Origin: Minisyncoccota bacterium
GTDB lineage: Bacteria; Patescibacteriota; Minisyncoccia; Phycocordibacterales; UBA2100
Assembly (NCBI GenBank): GCA_043780835.1
Contig: JAYWCB010000013.1
Span: 13,512 to 77,511 of the forward strand
Reading direction: 5' to 3'
Length of the DNA stretch: 64,000 nt
The position numbers and the translations under genes are program-made. Under the pieces are notes generated by a model. It was not told where the DNA came from, made no database searches, and saw only the letters and a list, made by a program, of their open reading frames with translations. Positions within the stretch are counted from its first letter, which is position 1, and every line of letters starts with the position of its first letter. Shown one piece after another: positions 9,988-19,439 of this stretch.

Positions 9988-11223
9988 TCAGATGCAGTAG
10001 GTCTGCAGCGGTTCAAAACCATTAAAGCCGACCGAGGAGTAGCTCGATGTGTATGCACCGGTCGCATGAATGCGCAGCCGATCGCCGACTTTCAGCGAAA
10101 GCGGCAGCTGGTACTGAAATTTCTCATACAGGATATCGGCCGAGTCGCACGACGGTCCGGCAAGGATAACTGCCCCGGTCGCACCTTTACGACCGACGGC
10201 TTCGATCCTGTATTTGATGGCCTCATCAAGCGTTTCCGCAAGACCGCCGAATTTTCCGACATCGAGATAGACCCACCGCACATCTTCTCCGTATGATTTC
10301 TTCGATATCAGCACGACCTCGGCTTCAAGCACCCCGCTATCGCCGACAAGGGAACGACCCGGTTCGATAATAATGCGAGGCGAGCCGTCGGCGAAATTCT
10401 TGGAGAATGCCACACGTATGGCCGCTGCGTAGGAGTTGATCGATTCGATCTTGTCGCGGTACTGAGCGGGCAGCCCACCGCCGATGTTCACGACATCGAG
10501 CGCAATACCTTGCGCGCGTAGATTGCGAAAGATCTGTGCCGCCTGTTCCAAGGGACGTTCCCACTGTTCGAGACGAGTTTGTTGCGATCCCACATGGAAC
10601 GAAACGCCGCACGGCTCAAGTCCGAGATTCTTTGCTTTGAGGAGGAGGTCGTACGCCATATCGACTTCGCAGCCAAATTTGCGCGAAAGCGGCCAGTCCG
10701 CTCCGTCGCAGCTCGTCAGTATTCTGCAGAATACTCGTGCGCCCGGTGCCGAACGCGCGAGCTTGTCCAATTCGGACTCGGAGTCGAACGCAAAAAGCCG
10801 GCCTCCTTTTGCGTATGCATAGGCGATGTCCGTCTCTTTCTTTATTGTATTTCCATAAGAAATACGATCGCAAGAAGCGCCGGCAGCGAGAACAAGGTCA
10901 ATTTCTCCGGGGCTTGCCACATCGAAATTGGAACCGAGACCCACCAGGAGCCTGATCACATCCCGCGCAGGATTTGCTTTAACCGCATAGAAAATTTCGC
11001 CGCTGGGCATCGCGCGACGCATGTCCGCATATTTCGTGGCGACGACATCTAGATCGATAAGAAGAAAGGGTGTCGCGGGAGCGTGCTCGTCTATGTAACG
11101 AGCCATTTTCACCGTTGACGGGGCCGATTGTTTGATCGGTTGAGCACGAGAACCTAGATGTATTTTCGAAACAGGGCTCGGAGCTACCTCACGAGTCTGC
11201 AATTTCGTACCGCGATTGTTCAT
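9988..11223 (-). CDS. Fold-type III PLP-dependent decarboxylase (ornithine/lysine/diaminopimelate decarboxylase family)
   Basis: FYAVKANP PLP-lysine motif, GGGLP and EPGRSLVG motifs, about 400 aa. Substrate not assignable. The true start may be the internal Met (MARYIDEH, about 11106). Confidence 0.75.
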   Translation of the reverse strand: MNNRGTKLQTREVAPSPVSKIHLGSRAQPIKQSAPSTVKMARYIDEHAPATPFLLIDLDVVATKYADMRRAMPSGEIFYAVKANPARDVIRLLVGLGSNFDVASPGEIDLVLAAGASCDRISYGNTIKKETDIAYAYAKGGRLFAFDSESELDKLARSAPGARVFCRILTSCDGADWPLSRKFGCEVDMAYDLLLKAKNLGLEPCGVSFHVGSQQTRLEQWERPLEQAAQIFRNLRAQGIALDVVNIGGGLPAQYRDKIESINSYAAAIRVAFSKNFADGSPRIIIEPGRSLVGDSGVLEAEVVLISKKSYGEDVRWVYLDVGKFGGLAETLDEAIKYRIEAVGRKGATGAVILAGPSCDSADILYEKFQYQLPLSLKVGDRLRIHATGAYTSSYSSVGFNGFEPLQTYCI

Positions 11224-11396
11224 TTCTGATGAGCATAATTATTGTTCTAGCAATAGACCAATCATACATATCGTCACGCACTTGTATATCCTGTGGGGGT
11301 GTATACCTGCCGACCGGGATCGAAGACACTCACTCCTTCAGGTTGTCTTTTTGCCACACGGTGTTCCCAGTGGGAATGTGTCTGTGCGTTAACACT

Positions 11397-13106
11397 CTAT
11401 ACAAGGTGCAATGCCATGCGCATCTCGGCGATGGTGTGAAAGATCGTGCGATGCTCGAAGTAGGAGATGTTTTTGAGGATTTCAAATACGGGGGGCCGTA
11501 CATAAATCATCGATACACGGATGCGTTTTTGCTCAAGGCGTTCGATAAATTCTTCCAGTATTTCCATGCCGCTGATGTCGATAAAATTCACGCCCGACAT
11601 ATCAAACACCACTTCGCGCACCGTGTGGTTCACACGCATTTCGTGGAGCGCGATGAGGCCATGGATCTGATTGAGGGCATGCGAGGTGTTCGCATAATAG
11701 AGCGATACACCAATGCGCGCGATGACCACGCTTGGGAATATATGCACCTGATCGTCTTCGATCGTGCTCAAAAGGACTTTGCGTTCCAGATCAATACCGA
11801 CCTCGGAAACTTGTGCGCCCCACACGGTGCGGCGAATAAAGAGTAAGAGTGCGACAAGCATGCCTGTAAGGAGGGCGTCTTCCGGTTTCATCAGGAAGAC
11901 CATGCAGAACGTAAGTAGTGCGACGACGCCGTCTGAACGTGAAATCTTGTACATCGCCTTGATCCGATGGAAATCAACGAGCGACGCAGCAGAAAGTATC
12001 ACGATAGCGGCGAGAGCAGCGAGCGGCAAATAGTAAAAAACCGGTGTTAAAAAGAGAATGGTAATGACGGTCATTCCAGAACTTACGAGCGACGAGAAGC
12101 CCGATTTTGCACCAGCCTCATTATTTATTGCGGAGCGCGTAAACGATCCACTGATGGGGAATCCTTGGAAGAAACTTGTGGCGATATTTGCAAGACCTTG
12201 TCCGACCAATTCTTGATCGGTATTCAGGTGTTCTTTCTTCGGGCGGGCGAGCGTTGTGGCGTTAGCGTGTGTGGCGACGAATGCGACGAGTGCGATCACA
12301 ACGGCCTTCGGAAGCAGCACAGCGAGCGCAGTTACGCCAAAGAAGGGCAATAAGAAAGACGGTAATCCCGACGGTATGGTGCCCACGATCGCTACATGAT
12401 GGGTGTCGAGCCGGAAAAAATATCCCGCGAGGATTGCAAGCAAAAGTACACCAAGTGCGATCGGATATGTTTTCGGGAGCCGCTTCGTGAGATACAAAAT
12501 TGCCAGTGCCGTTATGCCGACGAGTGTTGTGAGTACGGTCAGACTCGGCAACTCATGCAACAAATTGATGATTGTTTTGAGTACCACATCAGAGCGCGCT
12601 GCAGAAATACCGAGCAAGACCGGAATTTGCGATACCACGATAAGTAATGCTGCGGCCGAGGAAAAACCCGCTATCACCGAGTGAGGAACGAGGTGAATCA
12701 TGGAACCGACACGAAATAATCCAAGGCCAAGATAGAGAAGGCCAGTCAAAAGTGCGAGCGTTGCTGCAAGCCGCACGAATTCGTCAGACCCCGGCGCGGC
12801 GAGTGATACGAGAGATGTGAGGGTGAGCAAACTTACCATTGCGACCGGTCCGGTAGAGAGCGTACGCGATGATCCCCAGAGAGATGCAATACATCCGAAA
12901 AGAGATGCGTACAGTCCGTACACGGCGGGCAGGCCGGCAGTGAGCGCAAACGCCATCGATTGTGGTATCTGAATAATGGCAACGGTGATGCCTGCCTGCA
13001 CATCGGCATGCAAAAACGATGATGAATACCTGAAACCGGGTCGCAGCCAAAGCGGAGTGAACAGGCGTGGAATACCGGCAACAAAACTTTGAACACGCGG
13101 CATCAT
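11397..13106 (-). CDS. SulP-family anion transporter with a C-terminal STAS domain
   Basis: 569 aa. Ten or more TM helices with the SulP signature region, and a C-terminal STAS-like domain (VVFDMSGVNFIDISGMEILEEF). Confidence 0.85.
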   Translation of the reverse strand: MMPRVQSFVAGIPRLFTPLWLRPGFRYSSSFLHADVQAGITVAIIQIPQSMAFALTAGLPAVYGLYASLFGCIASLWGSSRTLSTGPVAMVSLLTLTSLVSLAAPGSDEFVRLAATLALLTGLLYLGLGLFRVGSMIHLVPHSVIAGFSSAAALLIVVSQIPVLLGISAARSDVVLKTIINLLHELPSLTVLTTLVGITALAILYLTKRLPKTYPIALGVLLLAILAGYFFRLDTHHVAIVGTIPSGLPSFLLPFFGVTALAVLLPKAVVIALVAFVATHANATTLARPKKEHLNTDQELVGQGLANIATSFFQGFPISGSFTRSAINNEAGAKSGFSSLVSSGMTVITILFLTPVFYYLPLAALAAIVILSAASLVDFHRIKAMYKISRSDGVVALLTFCMVFLMKPEDALLTGMLVALLLFIRRTVWGAQVSEVGIDLERKVLLSTIEDDQVHIFPSVVIARIGVSLYYANTSHALNQIHGLIALHEMRVNHTVREVVFDMSGVNFIDISGMEILEEFIERLEQKRIRVSMIYVRPPVFEILKNISYFEHRTIFHTIAEMRMALHLV

Positions 13107-13502
13107 GTGTGCAGTATAAACGCATAAACCGATTGTATTTTATGGTACCGTTTGGACGGGTCAATGCTCCGGCTTTTGAGGGAGGTACGACATGAATATT
13201 TTTACTCTCGGTGTGAGGAGCGGAACCGATCGACACGTGAACGGTCCGAATCGTTTCACCTTTACCCATAACGGACTGTACGCGCTCCTTTCGCTAGCTG
13301 TGGTGATCGGTATCGCGGTCGCCGTGTGTCGGTGATTTCGAGCAAGCGCGCATGATTGCGCACTATTCCAAAGGCGGCTATATGGCCGCCTTTGCTTTGT
13401 GTAAAGTGAGGTTTTTTGCTACTATCGTGCGACTTGTGGTGGTTCACGGGAACGCCGTCCTGCAGTCCTCCGGACGCGGATGGGTCGCTCGGACGAATTG
13501 CG

Positions 13503-13545
13503 AGAATGTTTCTTTGTGTCTTGTGAGCCAGTAGCTCCTGTGGAT
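13503..13545 (+). repeat. Degenerate direct copy of the tRNA-Ile leader plus 5' portion
   Basis: gtttctttgtgtcttgtgagccagtagctcctgtgg versus the authentic gtgtgtttgtgtcttgtgtgcgctagtagttcagtgg about 65 nt downstream. Confidence 0.5.
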
Positions 13546-13588
13546 GATACAGGGTTATGATGTGAGGTCGTGTGTTTGTGTCTTGTGT

Positions 13589-13660
13589 GCGCTAGTAGTT
13601 CAGTGGTAGAACGCTGTCCTGATAAGACAGAGGTCGTAGGTCCGATTCCTACCTGGCGCA
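13589..13660 (+). tRNA. tRNA-Ile (anticodon GAU)
   Basis: Cloverleaf: 7-bp acceptor (GCGCTAG/CTGGCGC), D-arm gttc/gaac, anticodon stem ctgtc/gacag with loop ctGATaa, T-arm gtagg/cctac with loop tccgatt, discriminator A. CCA is not encoded. Confidence 0.85.
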
Positions 13661-13710
13661 CACAGCACGCAAAACACTCTCTGAGTCGCTCCTCACTACC
13701 ATCCGACAAA

Positions 13711-13746
13711 ACAGGGGTCATAGGTCCGATTCTTACCTGGCGCACA
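13711..13746 (+). repeat. Partial direct copy of the tRNA-Ile 3' half (33/36 identical)
   Basis: acaggggtcataggtccgattcttacctggcgcaca versus the tRNA's acagaggtcgtaggtccgattcctacctggcgcaca, 50 nt downstream of the intact gene. Confidence 0.6.
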
Positions 13747-13831
13747 AATGGGAACGAGGGTGGTCGGTTTCAAATACCGTTGCGATGTCGAGAGGGGTCG
13801 TAAAACGCGGCTAAAAACGTATAATGTCCCG

Positions 13832-15136
13832 ATGAATTACCGCGTACAGGGAGGGAGAACCCTCTCAGGAACCGTACAGACCAATATTTCCAAAAACGCC
13901 GCCGTGGCACTGCTGTGTGCTTCGATGTTGAATCGCGGCGAGACGATATTGAAGCGTATGCCGAGGATTGAAGAAGTGAAACGACTCATCGAAGTACTCG
14001 AATCCATCGGAGTTAAAATCGTGTGGGATCCAAGCGGTGATATGCGTATCACGCCTCCCGATAAGGTAGATCTCACGAATATTAACTACGAAGCGGCATC
14101 GCGTACACGATCGATCGCATTACTCATTGCGCCGCTCGCACACTTGCTCGGCGCCTTCGAGCTGCCGGCGCCGGGCGGATGTAATTTGGGCAAGCGAAGT
14201 TTGGGCTCACACATCGATTCACTCGGCAGGCTCGGCATAAAAGTCGAAGGTAACGAAGGTGCGCATACCTATCAGGTTACGACAGAGAATATGCAGCCTG
14301 CAGAAATCATTATGTACGAAGCGTCTGACACGGGCGTGGAAAACGTGCTCATGGCAGCTGCAAAGATTCCGGGCGTTACTACTATAAAATTCGCGAGCGC
14401 GAATTACATGGTGCAGGATCTGTGTGTGTTTCTTGCCCACTGTGGTGTCAAAATTGATGGCATCGGGACATCAACACTCGTTGTGCATGGAATCTCTGAT
14501 ATTAATGCTGAGGTGCACGGGCATCCGAGCGAAGACCCGATCGAGAGTATGTTTTTTATTGCGCTTGCAGCTACTACGCATTCCACCATCACCATCGAGC
14601 GCTGCCCGATCGATTTCATAGAGCTTGAACTCTTTACGCTTGGACAAATGGGACTAAAATATTCAATGGGTGAGCGATACGCATCCGAAAACGGTCACAC
14701 CGTATTACGCGACATTACGGTAGAGGCATCTGATTTAACTGCACCACCTGATAAAATCGCACCGCGTCCGTATCCAGGTATCAATATCGATAACCTTCCG
14801 TTTTTTGTGCCCATCGCGACGCAAGCATATGGGAAGACTCTTATCCATGACTGGGTATACGACGGCAGAGCACAATACTATTTAGAAATGAATCACCTGG
14901 GAGCGAATGTCGAACTCCTCGATTTGCACCGGGCGCTTGTAACCGGTCCGACGAAATTCCACCCGGCGCATATCGAAGCGCCTCCTGCGCTCCGGCCCGC
15001 TACGCTCATTTTGATCGGTATGCTTGCTGCAGAGGGCGAATCAATGCTCTATAACGTGTATCCGATAAACCGCGGGTACGAGAATCTTCACGATCGACTC
15101 AAAGCAATCGGAGCATCTGTTGAGGCGGTTGAATAA
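13832..15136 (+). CDS. murA: UDP-N-acetylglucosamine 1-carboxyvinyltransferase (MurA)
   Basis: N-terminus MNYRVQGGRTLSGTVQTNISKNAAVALL matches the MurA/EPSP-synthase family N-terminus. About 435 aa. The listed ORF starts earlier (13748). TATAAT lies 8 nt upstream of the ATG at 13832. Confidence 0.85.
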   Translation: MNYRVQGGRTLSGTVQTNISKNAAVALLCASMLNRGETILKRMPRIEEVKRLIEVLESIGVKIVWDPSGDMRITPPDKVDLTNINYEAASRTRSIALLIAPLAHLLGAFELPAPGGCNLGKRSLGSHIDSLGRLGIKVEGNEGAHTYQVTTENMQPAEIIMYEASDTGVENVLMAAAKIPGVTTIKFASANYMVQDLCVFLAHCGVKIDGIGTSTLVVHGISDINAEVHGHPSEDPIESMFFIALAATTHSTITIERCPIDFIELELFTLGQMGLKYSMGERYASENGHTVLRDITVEASDLTAPPDKIAPRPYPGINIDNLPFFVPIATQAYGKTLIHDWVYDGRAQYYLEMNHLGANVELLDLHRALVTGPTKFHPAHIEAPPALRPATLILIGMLAAEGESMLYNVYPINRGYENLHDRLKAIGASVEAVE

Positions 15137-15138
15137 TT

Positions 15139-16038
15139 ATGGGATGGGAATCAGACAAAAATAAGAAGGGCTCCGGAATACCTAAGCAAGTGGAACCTGA
15201 TATACATGAACTCCGTAAAGTAATTCGGAAGCTACAGGGTGTCGAAACGGACCCGTACGCTCCTAAAAACAGCGAGACACCCCACTCATTGGAAGCGAAG
15301 GCATATCCTGATCTCGTAGCCAAATATAGTGTATTTAAGGAGGCTGTTGCCTTCGACACCGGCGTCATCTACCACCCATGTGGCTCTGCAGATATTTCAC
15401 CCAGCGAAGCCTTTCCCGGTAGTCGTGTGATATACGCAGATATGGATGCCGATGCCATGGAGGCTGTTTTAGAAAAAGGATACGAGGCCCATGTTGTCGA
15501 TGTGACATCCTTTAACCCAGGAGAAGTCGATGTATTGATCCTGTTAAATCCGCAGATCGCTCCTGATGCACCCGCGAGTTTCATAAAGCCAGGAGGGTAC
15601 ATTGTGTGCAATGATTATCACCAGACGGCAAGGCGTCTGCATGAAAAAGGCTACAAGTCGATCGGTATCGTTTTAAACACAAAGGACGGAATTACGTATG
15701 ACAGAGAAACAGAGGGATGCTGGCAAGAGGTGGATACGGATGAAGAATTGAAAAATGCACCTTTTAGTTTTAGCTTCAGTACGGTTCGTTATGATGATGC
15801 GGTTCGTATGGTACAGAAATTCTCCGGAGATAAGACGGATATTGCGAAGGAGTATAAACGGATTATCGCGGCAATTAGAAGCGGGTCGCTTGCTGGTGTG
15901 TTGGAGCTTGAAGATGGTCACGACCAAATAACGCTGACGTACAACGGCGAACACATGATGCTGCCTTGCCGCCTTCCGCGAAAAAAAGGAGTCGCTGATG
16001 ATTTATATGTTTTTCAAAAAACAATTGCCGAGAAATAG
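15139..16038 (+). CDS. Hypothetical protein (299 aa), possibly a Rossmann/methyltransferase-like fold
   Basis: ORF tightly following murA (2-nt gap). No canonical SAM motif. Family unassigned. Confidence 0.5.
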   Translation: MGWESDKNKKGSGIPKQVEPDIHELRKVIRKLQGVETDPYAPKNSETPHSLEAKAYPDLVAKYSVFKEAVAFDTGVIYHPCGSADISPSEAFPGSRVIYADMDADAMEAVLEKGYEAHVVDVTSFNPGEVDVLILLNPQIAPDAPASFIKPGGYIVCNDYHQTARRLHEKGYKSIGIVLNTKDGITYDRETEGCWQEVDTDEELKNAPFSFSFSTVRYDDAVRMVQKFSGDKTDIAKEYKRIIAAIRSGSLAGVLELEDGHDQITLTYNGEHMMLPCRLPRKKGVADDLYVFQKTIAEK

Positions 16039-16123
16039 GTCATGGGGATCGTGATGGTGGCGCGATAACACCTTTTTATCTATAGTCGGGGCAGGTTCAT
16101 TGAAACAACAGGGGATAAAACAC

Positions 16124-17494
16124 ATGTGCGGACTGTTCGGTGTTATGAACGTCAGAAAAGCAGCAGAGCTTGTCGCAATTGGACTGCATCACAATCAACA
16201 TCGCGCAGTCGATGCCGCGGGAATTGTCGCGTCCAACGGTCGCTATCTGCATCGTGAACGCGGACCGGGAATCGTTCGAAACGCGTTCGACAAGGAAATG
16301 CTCGATCGACTCCACGGCACGGCTGCTATCGGTCACATTCGCTATGCCACGTCGGGCAAGGAAGGCGAGGACAGGAGATACGACAACGTCCAACCCATCA
16401 TGGGGTACTTTCATGGTGAGGAAATTGCACTTGCGCACAACGGTAATCTGACCAACATCAGCGAGCTCGCGCGGCATGTATCGCCAAACGAACTGAGGAC
16501 GACAATGGATAGCGAGTATATCGTGCGACTCCTCGAGCGTGAAAGATCACACGACATCGAGTATGCGCTCACGAATGTGCTCTGCATGTTGAAAGGAAGC
16601 TTTGAACTCTTGATACAACTTCCGGATCGGATTATCGCAGTGCGCGATCCTCGAGGAAATCACCCACTCTCCATCGGAAAAGAGGGGGGCGGATATTTTG
16701 TGTCGTCGGAAACATGCGCCTACCCGAGTGTCGGCGCGGAGTACATTGGCGAGATCGAGCCGGGGACATTCGTCTCTTTTATGGAGAGTGGCGAAATGAA
16801 AGTCACGCGCTACGCCGAGGCGAACAAGAAACAGTGTGTATTCGAGCTCGTGTACTATGCGCATCCGGCAAGCTTCGTATTCGGACACAACGTCGGACGT
16901 TTCCGACAACAGTTGGGTCGTCGCCTGGAAGCGGAGTTTGGTGTGCCCGGGTCGGATATCGTAGTTGGTGTTCCGGACAGCTCGAACTTCATTGCGATGG
17001 GATTTGGTACATCTCTCAAATCGGGTGAGTACTATCCGGCAATCAATCGACATCACAATGTCGGACGAACCTTCATAGCTGCTTCGCAGGCACAACGCGA
17101 CGAAGAGGTTGCCAATAAGTTCACATTCTCGGCCCAAGAAGTGGCAGGGAAAGTGGTTGTATTGATCGATGATTCAATCGTGCGTGGAACGACGCTTAGG
17201 AAAATCATCACGGTAATGCGCTTGATGAAAGCGCGGGCAGTGCATGTGCGGATTGCGTCGCCGCCGTTTCGGCACCCGTGCGCGTATGGAATCAACACCA
17301 AAACGTACGAAGAGCTCATTGCGAATCAAAAAACTATCGAAGGTATTCGCGAAGAAATCGGTGCGGACTCACTCGAATACCTCTCCATCGAAAGTCTTCG
17401 GAATCTTGTAGAGAAACCGACAGAGTTCTGTTTCGCCTGCATGGACGGGAACTTCTGGGATAAACCTGAAGCGACCCCCGAGCCCTGTCTCTAA
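16124..17494 (+). CDS. purF: Amidophosphoribosyltransferase (PurF)
   Basis: MCGLFGV N-terminus (Ntn catalytic Cys2), a PRTase type I motif (VVLIDDSIVRGTT) and a C-terminal Cys cluster (CFACMDGNF) as in [4Fe-4S] PurF. Confidence 0.9.
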   Translation: MCGLFGVMNVRKAAELVAIGLHHNQHRAVDAAGIVASNGRYLHRERGPGIVRNAFDKEMLDRLHGTAAIGHIRYATSGKEGEDRRYDNVQPIMGYFHGEEIALAHNGNLTNISELARHVSPNELRTTMDSEYIVRLLERERSHDIEYALTNVLCMLKGSFELLIQLPDRIIAVRDPRGNHPLSIGKEGGGYFVSSETCAYPSVGAEYIGEIEPGTFVSFMESGEMKVTRYAEANKKQCVFELVYYAHPASFVFGHNVGRFRQQLGRRLEAEFGVPGSDIVVGVPDSSNFIAMGFGTSLKSGEYYPAINRHHNVGRTFIAASQAQRDEEVANKFTFSAQEVAGKVVVLIDDSIVRGTTLRKIITVMRLMKARAVHVRIASPPFRHPCAYGINTKTYEELIANQKTIEGIREEIGADSLEYLSIESLRNLVEKPTEFCFACMDGNFWDKPEATPEPCL

Positions 17495-17507
17495 GATCTT
17501 TTAAAAA

Positions 17508-17548
17508 AGGAATGCCCCGCGTTGCGATTGCGACGCGGGGCATTTACT
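17508..17548. terminator. Bidirectional intrinsic terminator after purF
   Basis: Palindrome aatgccccgcg..cgcggggcatt flanked by an A-run and a T-run. Two mirror-image spurious ORFs start here. Confidence 0.6.
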
Positions 17549-17624
17549 GTGGATTAATTGGTATACGCTACTTACTTCAGGTTATTATTGTGAGATTAAG
17601 CCCGGACCAAAGCCGAAGGGGAAC

Positions 17625-18245
17625 GTGCGTATCGAATGGTCGTCTCGGTTTGCGTACGCCATTGGTTTACTCGTCGCTGACGGATGTGTGCAAAAAGATG
17701 GGCGACACGTTGATCTAACCTCAGTCGATAAAGCTCAGGCTGAGTTATTTAGAAAATGTTTGGGATTAAAGACGAGTGTGAGTACGAAGCGATCGGGACA
17801 AGGGAATATCGCTTATTGTATGCAATTTAGTGATGTACTTTTCCATCAGTTTCTTATGGGAATCGGCATATTCCCAGCAAAGTCAAAGACAATAGGTGCC
17901 GTCGCGGTCCCCGAAGAGTTTTTCGTCGACTTTGTGCGCGGATATTTTGATGGTGATGGTAGTAGCTATTCCTATTACGATCCGATTTTTAAAAAGAGCT
18001 ATCGGTTTTATCTCTCGTTTACGTCTGCGAGTCCGGTGTTCATTGCTTGGTTTCGAGAGAGACTTCGGCAGTCGATAGGGGTGAAAGGGTACATCAGTCT
18101 CAATCGTAATAATCCCTACGTACAGTTGAAGTACTCGAAACGAGAGGCGGTTCGAATATGTGTCTATATGTACCACGCGAAGGACGTGCCCTGTCTTGTT
18201 CGCAAACGATTGAAAATTATGAAATCTATGCGCATAATCGCCTGA
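17625..18245 (+). CDS. LAGLIDADG-family homing endonuclease (single chain, two motifs)
   Basis: Two dodecapeptide motifs, FAYAIGLLVADGCV and FVRGYFDGDGSS, in a 206-aa ORF. GTG start with an AAGGGG RBS. It is free-standing, not inside any gene or intron visible here. Confidence 0.75.
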   Translation: MRIEWSSRFAYAIGLLVADGCVQKDGRHVDLTSVDKAQAELFRKCLGLKTSVSTKRSGQGNIAYCMQFSDVLFHQFLMGIGIFPAKSKTIGAVAVPEEFFVDFVRGYFDGDGSSYSYYDPIFKKSYRFYLSFTSASPVFIAWFRERLRQSIGVKGYISLNRNNPYVQLKYSKREAVRICVYMYHAKDVPCLVRKRLKIMKSMRIIA

Positions 18246-18246
18246 C

Positions 18247-18330
18247 GCCGCGGTGGTGAAATTGGTAGACACGCTAGCTTCAGAAGCTAGTTCTCGGAAG
18301 GGATTGGGAGTTCGAGTCTCCCTCGCGGCA
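18247..18330 (+). tRNA. tRNA-Leu (anticodon CAG)
   Basis: Acceptor GCCGCGG/TCGCGGC, D-arm gtg/cac, anticodon stem gctag/ctagc with loop ttCAGaa, long variable arm (type II tRNA), T-arm gggag ttcgagt ctccc. The gene is uninterrupted. It starts 2 nt after the endonuclease stop. Confidence 0.8.
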
Positions 18331-18427
18331 CATTAATGCAATGCATGTACATCGACGTACATTCCGTCTGGCGTGGTATTACGGACCGGATGTTCTATCT
18401 CCCTAAAAATGCACTATACTGACAATC

Positions 18428-19303
18428 ATGAGATTCGGTGAGTCCTTTGTTCCTCGAAGTAAGCCGGACGACGGTTCTTCGGATGAGCAATCTAAAGCCA
18501 CAGTTGAGGTAAAGCCAGAGTTTAAATTTGCACCACAAATCTACTTCCGCTCGGCAGACGGCAATTTCGATGTCTTGACGAAAGAAAATAGGTACCTCAC
18601 CGATGAGGACATTCTCCAGCGGGGCTTTCTAACGAACAGCGATAAAGTGAACCTTTCCTTTGCTCGGCTGCTCGATGAGCTACCAGCAGTCTTGCACGCG
18701 CCTGGACAAAATATGTCTACCGAGCGCAGAGAAATCGTCAATTCGCTTTTGAAGCGAAGACCGACGTTTGTGCCGATAGACGTAGCAAGAGTGGACTCGG
18801 AATTTTCAAATGCAGTTACGAAGTTCGAGGGTGCCCAGCTCGGTGTAATTCTTTTCCCCGAAACCAATGAGATCATGAATCAGTTTTCGGGAGTGCGATT
18901 CACAGATGGTAGAGTTGCGCGGCTTATGCGCGGGCGCGTGAGAGAAAATCTGCAAGAATTCACGTCGCAGCTTAATATGCTTTCACCACACATTGAGGCG
19001 CGTGAAATTGACCGTAAACAGTCTGCGTACGCGGTGGAGTACATGCAAGGAGCCGAACGACCCAAAACAATTTCACCGCAAGAACGCGATGACTGGCTCA
19101 ATCGCGTGAGGTCAAGCGGATTGATTTTTGACTTTGATGTGAGTACGAAAGACGAATCGCTCGATAATCTTATGCGAAAAGATGGAAAGTTGTTTTGGGT
19201 AGATGGAAATATCTTACTCGCGAAGCCAGCAGAAAACCCTGAACAACTTGAGATGTTCATTGAGGAGCAGAGAATCGTTTTAGAGAAATTCGTAAAAGAA
19301 TAA
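18428..19303 (+). CDS. Hypothetical protein (291 aa)
   Basis: Long clean ORF with no recognisable family. Confidence 0.5.
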   Translation: MRFGESFVPRSKPDDGSSDEQSKATVEVKPEFKFAPQIYFRSADGNFDVLTKENRYLTDEDILQRGFLTNSDKVNLSFARLLDELPAVLHAPGQNMSTERREIVNSLLKRRPTFVPIDVARVDSEFSNAVTKFEGAQLGVILFPETNEIMNQFSGVRFTDGRVARLMRGRVRENLQEFTSQLNMLSPHIEAREIDRKQSAYAVEYMQGAERPKTISPQERDDWLNRVRSSGLIFDFDVSTKDESLDNLMRKDGKLFWVDGNILLAKPAENPEQLEMFIEEQRIVLEKFVKE

Positions 19304-19439
19304 GTTGGTGTGTCGCGGAGCGTCGGTTCTGTTGTCCGACATCGACGGTACCGATTTACAAGAGCTTGGCATCGCGCGAAACGCAGACGGCCTAACAAAA
19401 GGCCGCACAAAGTACGGTCTTTTGTTGGCGCGGTCACGT

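Noticed and set aside
13422-13745. 107-aa minus-strand ORF spanning tRNA-Ile and its partial copies
   Set aside because: It overlaps a tRNA gene and repeat scars. Its repetitive amino-acid pattern comes from the duplicated tRNA sequence. Not a gene.
17334-17718. Two ORFs both beginning MPRVAIATRGI on opposite strands
   Set aside because: They are mirror translations of the palindromic terminator after purF and not genes.
18247-18330. Idea that the LAGLIDADG ORF sits in a group I intron interrupting tRNA-Leu
   Set aside because: The tRNA cloverleaf is contiguous and complete downstream of the ORF. No 5' tRNA half is visible upstream of the ORF.
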